A stretch of DNA of 63,862 nt, counting the filler, from Candidatus Hydrogenedentota bacterium (GTDB lineage Bacteria > JBFMHD01): the NCBI GenBank assembly GCA_040752395.1. It is 5 parts of 5 records of this genome, joined end to end, with 100 filler letters (N's around TTAATTAATTAA, not from the genome) between each part and the next. Parts side by side here need not be neighbours in the genome. Positions count along the whole stretch, not along the records: positions 51,396 to 63,862 come from JBFMHD010000068.1; 4 more parts are not named here. One strand, given 5' to 3'. The position numbers and the translations under genes were made by a program. Shown in pieces: positions 58,949 to 63,862 of this stretch (positions within the stretch are counted from its first letter, which is position 1; every line of letters starts with the position of its first letter). The notes below the pieces were generated by a model. That model was not told the DNA's origin and did not search any database. It saw only the letters and a program-made list of their open reading frames with translations.

Positions 58949-60505
58949 ATGCAAAAATTAAGTTTTAAAACCGAGAAAGAATTTCAGGAAGCAATCTTAC
59001 GGGAAAAAGCAAAAGGAACTCCTGATATAGAAATTGGGCAAAAATATGGAGTTACTTTCAGATATATTGAAAAACTTATTACTAAATCACAAGGGCTCAA
59101 CATTAGTGCTTTCAAGGTTTCTAAAAAAGTAAAACGACTTTACCCAAAGGACTTTAAGGAAGAACAAACTACTGTTTGGAATTTTAAAGAGAGAGGTAAT
59201 TGGGCAACTCACAGTGGAGAATACAGAGGCAATTGGTCTCCATACATTCCTCGTAATGTGATTCTTAAATATTCAAAGCCCGGTGAATTGGTTTTAGATT
59301 ATTTCTGTGGCGCGGGAACAACTGCTGTAGAATCAAGATTACTTGGAAGAAGGTGTATAGCATTTGATATTAATGATAAGGCCATTGAACTGGCAAAGAA
59401 GAATATAGATTTTAGCATAGAATCAAAGCAGTTGACTTTTATTGATGAAAAAAACAATTTGAAAATTTATGAGCCAGAATTATCAGTTGGCGACGCAAGA
59501 GATTTATCATTCATACAAGATAACTCCATAGACTTAATCTGCGCTCACCCTCCCTATGCGAATATTATTCATTACACAGATTCTAAAAAAGGCGATCTAT
59601 CATTCTTCGATATTGATGAATTCCTAAGAGAAATGGCTAAAGTTGCAAAAGAAAGTTTTAGAGTACTAAAGCCTGGTAGACAATGCGCTATCTTAATAGG
59701 TGACACACGTAGGCAAAAACATGTAATTCCATTAGGTTTTCAACTTATAAATGTTTATCTGAATGCTGGTTTTCAGTTAAGAGAGCTTGTTATTAAACGC
59801 CAACACAACTGTAAAACTACAGGATTTTGGTATGCCAATAGTATAAAATATAATTTCCTTCTCTTGGCTCACGAGTATTTACCAATTTTTGAAAAACCCA
59901 AAACACCTCTTTCTTTAAGAGTAAAAGAGAAAGGTGTGGGTTATGGTTTAGTTGCTCCCACCTTGGAAAAACCGCCACTAAAGAGGAAATTAGACGAACT
60001 TGAGGCCAGAACAGTATGGATTTTACCAGGGAAAGATTTTGAAAAACGGTTAAATAAGAATGTGATTGACCGATATTCAAACGGTGATGGCTATTCGACT
60101 GTTACTTTTAATTTTCATTCTAAAATTGAAGCATGCTTCTCTGAGAAAGGAGAAAAAAGGAACAAGGGATTGCTTTTCATAAAATCACCATTTTTGAATG
60201 GCAGTCCTTCACAACCAAATATTGAAACCTACTTACAAGAAATAAATGAGATCACAAAATTGAATTCACTCAAGAAAGGCGGTTTTTTGGTAATTCAAAC
60301 CCAGGATGTAAGAATAAATGGGTATATAGAACCTATTGCCAAAAGGTTGGTAGATATATTGGTGCTTGATAATTTATGGCTCAAGGAGATTATAGTTATT
60401 ATTCAAAAAGATACAAATTTACCCCCAAAAAACCCGGGGGATTATTTAAAAATAGCACATCAATATTTACTCGTTTATGAGGTAAAAAATGAAGAAACTC
60501 TTTAG
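58949..60505 (+). CDS. Amino-DNA methyltransferase with N-terminal HTH and degenerate second MTase-like region
   Basis: DYFCGAGT (motif I) precedes HPPY (motif IV). The TTVW and HEY motifs are echoed by RTVW and HQY in the C-terminus. Confidence 0.8.
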   Translation: MQKLSFKTEKEFQEAILREKAKGTPDIEIGQKYGVTFRYIEKLITKSQGLNISAFKVSKKVKRLYPKDFKEEQTTVWNFKERGNWATHSGEYRGNWSPYIPRNVILKYSKPGELVLDYFCGAGTTAVESRLLGRRCIAFDINDKAIELAKKNIDFSIESKQLTFIDEKNNLKIYEPELSVGDARDLSFIQDNSIDLICAHPPYANIIHYTDSKKGDLSFFDIDEFLREMAKVAKESFRVLKPGRQCAILIGDTRRQKHVIPLGFQLINVYLNAGFQLRELVIKRQHNCKTTGFWYANSIKYNFLLLAHEYLPIFEKPKTPLSLRVKEKGVGYGLVAPTLEKPPLKRKLDELEARTVWILPGKDFEKRLNKNVIDRYSNGDGYSTVTFNFHSKIEACFSEKGEKRNKGLLFIKSPFLNGSPSQPNIETYLQEINEITKLNSLKKGGFLVIQTQDVRINGYIEPIAKRLVDILVLDNLWLKEIIVIIQKDTNLPPKNPGDYLKIAHQYLLVYEVKNEETL

Positions 60506-61047
60506 CTTGTTAAAAGCAATCTATTACTATCTGGAATCCTCTTACAAAATATGGAAAGTCAAACGAATGCAAGAAGACGACCTTGTTTATATAACCAAGG
60601 CAAATGTGCATTTTGAAGTTTATCCTGGCAGCAAACAACAATCTCCCTATGACTTTATTGTAAAATTCAGAGAACCAAATAAGCGTGAAAGAACCCCTGC
60701 ACATGTTCACTTGATTGTAGAGATGTATGTTAAACATGCCTATAATTCATCATTAACTCTAAAATTAAAAGACCACATTCTAATAATGCTAAGCCAGATT
60801 AAACCTGTGGTTACATTTCCACCGGCCCTTCAGTTTTTTAAACCCGAACACATTGAACCTTTTTAGAGACTTGGATAAGGTTGGAGAATTTACAGTAGAA
60901 TTTTTGCTTGTTGCAATAGAGCTCGTGGCGATACAAGAGAAAACCAATTATCCCACAGGAACTGTGACTGAGAATTTGTATAAGAACTTTGGAGTTAAAG
61001 ATAGATTTTCAGTAATTCAAGCGGCGATATGGAAAGGTAGAAAGTAG
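60489..61047 (+). pseudogene. Unknown partner of the MTase, split by one extra T at 60860-60864
   Basis: Removing one T joins ...HIEPF to RDLDKVGEF... into a single ORF of about 185 aa. Confidence 0.6.
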
Positions 61048-61049
61048 TA

Positions 61050-61544
61050 TTAACCTGGAAGTAATTTTATTTGTTCTTTCATTTTGTTGAATTCTTGGAT
61101 TTGTTTTGATGACTCTTTTATATTAAGAAGAGGCCGCAGGCGGCGTTCCGAGAAGAAGCGGATTGTCTTCTGTTCCTGGAGGGACAGAAGAGCCTTCTGG
61201 ATTTCTGGTGCCAGTTTAAGGAGTGCCATTATCTGGCTAACTCTGGCTCTGGTAATGCCCATCTCCCGGGCTATATCGGACTGTGTTTTTATGAATGGGG
61301 CCTTGAATAGGTTCTCGTAGCGTCTGGCTTCCAGAAGTGGGCATTCATAAACCTTCTGGGGCTTGACCGGTGGCATGCCGATGCCTATAAATAGTCGTCT
61401 GTTTCTGATTTCCTGGTAGATATTGAACTCCTGCCACCAGGGAATATCTTCGCAGTGAATGGGCGGTATGCGGAGCCAGTCAATACGATTCACTGCACCC
61501 AGCGTGGTTAACACGCAGGGGAGTTTATATATAAAGTTGTGCAC
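61050..61544 (-). CDS. HTH protein of the type associated with large serine recombinases (start uncertain; ATG at 61376 possible)
   Basis: TQSDIAREMGITRARVSQIMALLKLAPEIQ...SERRLR; higher GC than its neighbours. Confidence 0.65.
   Translation of the reverse strand: MHNFIYKLPCVLTTLGAVNRIDWLRIPPIHCEDIPWWQEFNIYQEIRNRRLFIGIGMPPVKPQKVYECPLLEARRYENLFKAPFIKTQSDIAREMGITRARVSQIMALLKLAPEIQKALLSLQEQKTIRFFSERRLRPLLNIKESSKQIQEFNKMKEQIKLLPG
61470..61522 (+). repeat. att-like repeat copy 2
   Basis: Repeat of 58868-58921. Confidence 0.85.
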
Positions 61545-61620
61545 AAACGAACTGTTTCGGTTATTTTAAATTAGGCGAAATGGTGGCTTTAAGCAAGACA
61601 AAACCATTTGAGAATATGAT

Positions 61621-62910
61621 ATGAAAACGCTACACAAAATAATAATTGGTGATTCAAGGCAAATGAAGGAGGTTGTAAATGAATCAGTTCATCTCATTAT
61701 TACCTCTCCTCCCTACTGGCAGTTAAAGGATTATGGGAATGGAAGGCAGATAGGTTTCAATGATACTTATGAAGAATATATAAACAACCTTAATTTGGTG
61801 TGGGACGAATGCCACAGGGTTTTACATAAAGGTTGTCGTTTATGTATTAATATTGGCGACCAGTTTGCTCGTTCTGTATATTATGGAAGGTATAAAGTCA
61901 TTCCGATAAGAACAGAGATAATCAAGTTCTGTGAAAACGTTGGTTTTGATTACATGGGTGCTATCATCTGGCAGAAAGTCACTACTTGCCATACCACTGG
62001 TGGCGCAACAGTAATGGGTTCTTTCCCTTACCCAAGAAGTGGGATTCTTAAACTTGATTATGAATTTATCTTGATTTTCAAAAAATATGGCAATCAGCCA
62101 AAAGTAAATCACGAAGTTAAAGAACAATCAAAATTAACTCAAGAGGAATGGAATCAATACTTTACTGGACACTGGAATTTTTCGGGAGAAAAACAGGATG
62201 AACATCTGGCGATGTTTCCTGAAGAATTGCCGAAGCGACTTATTAAAATGTTCAGTTTTGTCGGGGATACTGTGCTTGATCCATTTCTTGGAAGTGGAAC
62301 TACCTCTTTGGCAGCTAAGAACCTGAATAGAAACTCAGTTGGATATGAAATAAACGAGGAATTTTTAGCAGGCATAAAAGAAAAACTCGGACTAAGACAA
62401 AGTACTATTTTTCAAAATGCCAGTTTTGAGATAATCAAGCAAAAAGATATGAGACTAAACTTTAAAGAAGAGATTAAAAGATTGCCTTACATCTTCAAAG
62501 ATCCTATAAGATTTGACAAAAAGATTGACCCCAGAAAATTAAGGTTTGGCTCTAAAATAGACAATTCTCATTCTGAAAGGGAAACATATTATACTGTGAA
62601 AGAAATAGTCTCGCCAGAAATTTTGATTTTAAATAATGGATTAGAAATCAAGTTATTGGGTGTAAAAGAGAAGCCAGAAAAGAATGGAGAGGCTATTCAA
62701 TTTTTAAGGAATAAAACGCGTGGACAAAAGGTATTCATAAAGTTCGATACTACAAAGTATGATGAGAAAAATAACTTGCTTTGTTATCTTTATTTGTGGA
62801 ATAAGACTTTTTTAAATGCTCATTTGATTAAAAATGGTTTGGCTGACGTGGATGTTGCAAAAAACTATAAATACAAATCTAAGTTCTTGACTTATCGGAA
62901 GAGAGTATAA
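61621..62910 (+). CDS. Beta-class N4C/N6A DNA methyltransferase with C-terminal SNase-like domain
   Basis: TSPPY precedes DPFLGSGT; C-terminal IKLLGV...LLCYLYL...FLNAHLIKNGLA. Confidence 0.88.
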   Translation: MKTLHKIIIGDSRQMKEVVNESVHLIITSPPYWQLKDYGNGRQIGFNDTYEEYINNLNLVWDECHRVLHKGCRLCINIGDQFARSVYYGRYKVIPIRTEIIKFCENVGFDYMGAIIWQKVTTCHTTGGATVMGSFPYPRSGILKLDYEFILIFKKYGNQPKVNHEVKEQSKLTQEEWNQYFTGHWNFSGEKQDEHLAMFPEELPKRLIKMFSFVGDTVLDPFLGSGTTSLAAKNLNRNSVGYEINEEFLAGIKEKLGLRQSTIFQNASFEIIKQKDMRLNFKEEIKRLPYIFKDPIRFDKKIDPRKLRFGSKIDNSHSERETYYTVKEIVSPEILILNNGLEIKLLGVKEKPEKNGEAIQFLRNKTRGQKVFIKFDTTKYDEKNNLLCYLYLWNKTFLNAHLIKNGLADVDVAKNYKYKSKFLTYRKRV

Positions 62911-63543
62911 ATGGCAAAAGAATGGATATTGAATCAGGCGAATATGAGGTGGGGGCTGACTAAGAAAAACAAAGTTGGTCCGGTTTCGGAATTGATAAGA
63001 AAGTGTTCCCCTAAGTCCTTGAAGGATTGGGAGGAGTATTATTATAAAAATGTCTACTCCAAACAGCATTTGGAAGAACTTGGCAGAAGGCTATACATAA
63101 AGATAACCGAAGTATGTCAAGCAGAAATAGAAAGCATAACAGAGGAAGCTTGTATTGATTTTATCATTAATTTGGTAATTGGTAGAACCTACGAGGGCTA
63201 TCAGTCTGAAATACAAACCATTTATGGGCAATTACAAGAGGCATTAGGTGTTAAAGTGGAACCGGCCCCAGATGAATGGGATAGAGGATATAATGTTGAT
63301 TTTTTCATTAAGGTTAAGGAGAAATATATTGGGCTTCAAATTAAACCAGCAGGATATGCTTACATTACCCAAATCATCAATGAATTAGAATTTCAAAAAA
63401 AGACACATGAGAAATTTACCGCCAAATATGGAGGTAAAGTATTCTATGTTATCTCAGTAAAGGAAGGGAAAAAGAAAATCATCCATAACGACTCGGTTAT
63501 TGAAGAAATCAGAAAAGAAATTGAGAGATTGAAGAAAGAATGA
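62911..63543 (+). CDS. Type II restriction endonuclease, MjaI-like family
   Basis: VGPVSELI; PD-(D/E)xK-like VDF...IGLQIKP; abuts the MTase. Confidence 0.75.
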   Translation: MAKEWILNQANMRWGLTKKNKVGPVSELIRKCSPKSLKDWEEYYYKNVYSKQHLEELGRRLYIKITEVCQAEIESITEEACIDFIINLVIGRTYEGYQSEIQTIYGQLQEALGVKVEPAPDEWDRGYNVDFFIKVKEKYIGLQIKPAGYAYITQIINELEFQKKTHEKFTAKYGGKVFYVISVKEGKKKIIHNDSVIEEIRKEIERLKKE

Positions 63544-63555
63544 CGCCACCGCATT

Positions 63556-63629
63556 ACCTAACACAGCATATATGCTGCGGGCTTATGCCCTTCTCCTTTG
63601 CAACGTTGTATATGCTGGAAATGTTATCC
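63556..63629 (+). other. attC-like integron recombination site
   Basis: ACCTAAC ... CAGCATATA / TATATGCTG ... GTTATCC; 74 bp, starting 12 nt after the REase stop. Confidence 0.5.
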
Positions 63630-63653
63630 TGCGATCTATATTCATAGAGGGGG

Positions 63654-63862
63654 CTAAATTTTCTCTTCTATTTTCTTGAATTCTTCTATCTGTTCTATCG
63701 GATCTTTTATTGTTAAGAGTGGTCGCAGGCGGTGCTCCGAGAAGAAGCGGATTGTCTTCTGTTCCTGGAGGGACAGAAGAGCCTTCTGGATTTCTGGTGC
63801 CAGTTTAAGGAGTGCCATTATCTGGCTAACTCTGGCTCTGGTAATGCCCATCTCCCGGGCTA
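63654..63862 (-). CDS. Second copy of the HTH gene (5' part outside window)
   Basis: 63736-63862 is identical to 61147-61273 (127 bp); the 3' end has diverged. Confidence 0.75.
   Translation of the reverse strand, partial: AREMGITRARVSQIMALLKLAPEIQKALLSLQEQKTIRFFSEHRLRPLLTIKDPIEQIEEFKKIEEKI

Noticed and set aside
58868-63862. Prophage, DGR or retron
   Set aside because: No phage structural, reverse transcriptase or integrase gene is visible, and the HTH copies do not differ in an adenine-specific way.

Overview
Five unrelated contigs of an AT-rich, flagellated, LPS-producing bacterium, joined by artificial N/TTAATTAATTAA linkers (12864-12963, 25790-25889, 38570-38669, 51296-51395). The complete contigs decrease in size, so adjacency across linkers means nothing. 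Core content: a divergent aroC, a complex I cluster with only soluble subunits (nuoBCDEFG-I), a sigma54 two-activator locus next to an alternative sigma70, waaA/GT9/polA, a DUF11/T9SS-like-CTD/PorV cluster, a sugar ABC transporter, flagellar genes (flbD, fliLMYOPQR, flhBAF), serS-holA-lptE-pth-rplY-prs and tRNA-Asn. Two things stand out. (1) About 14 modular intergenic elements are built from a GTAG-REP-like hairpin, nested inverted 7-9-mer arrays and a conserved end module. That end module supplies the Shine-Dalgarno of the next gene (nuoI, fliM, rplY and others). The elements bracket a small cargo gene, sit where nuoH and motAB are missing, and in one case encode a signal peptide. (2) A tandem array of ~2.6 kb integrase-less cassettes at tRNA-Asn, each made of an att-like repeat, a different methyltransferase/restriction cargo and a conserved HTH gene whose reading frame crosses the att junction. 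Several MITEs, toxin-antitoxin relics and an attC-like site are also present. All calls come from reading the sequence by eye; no searches were run.
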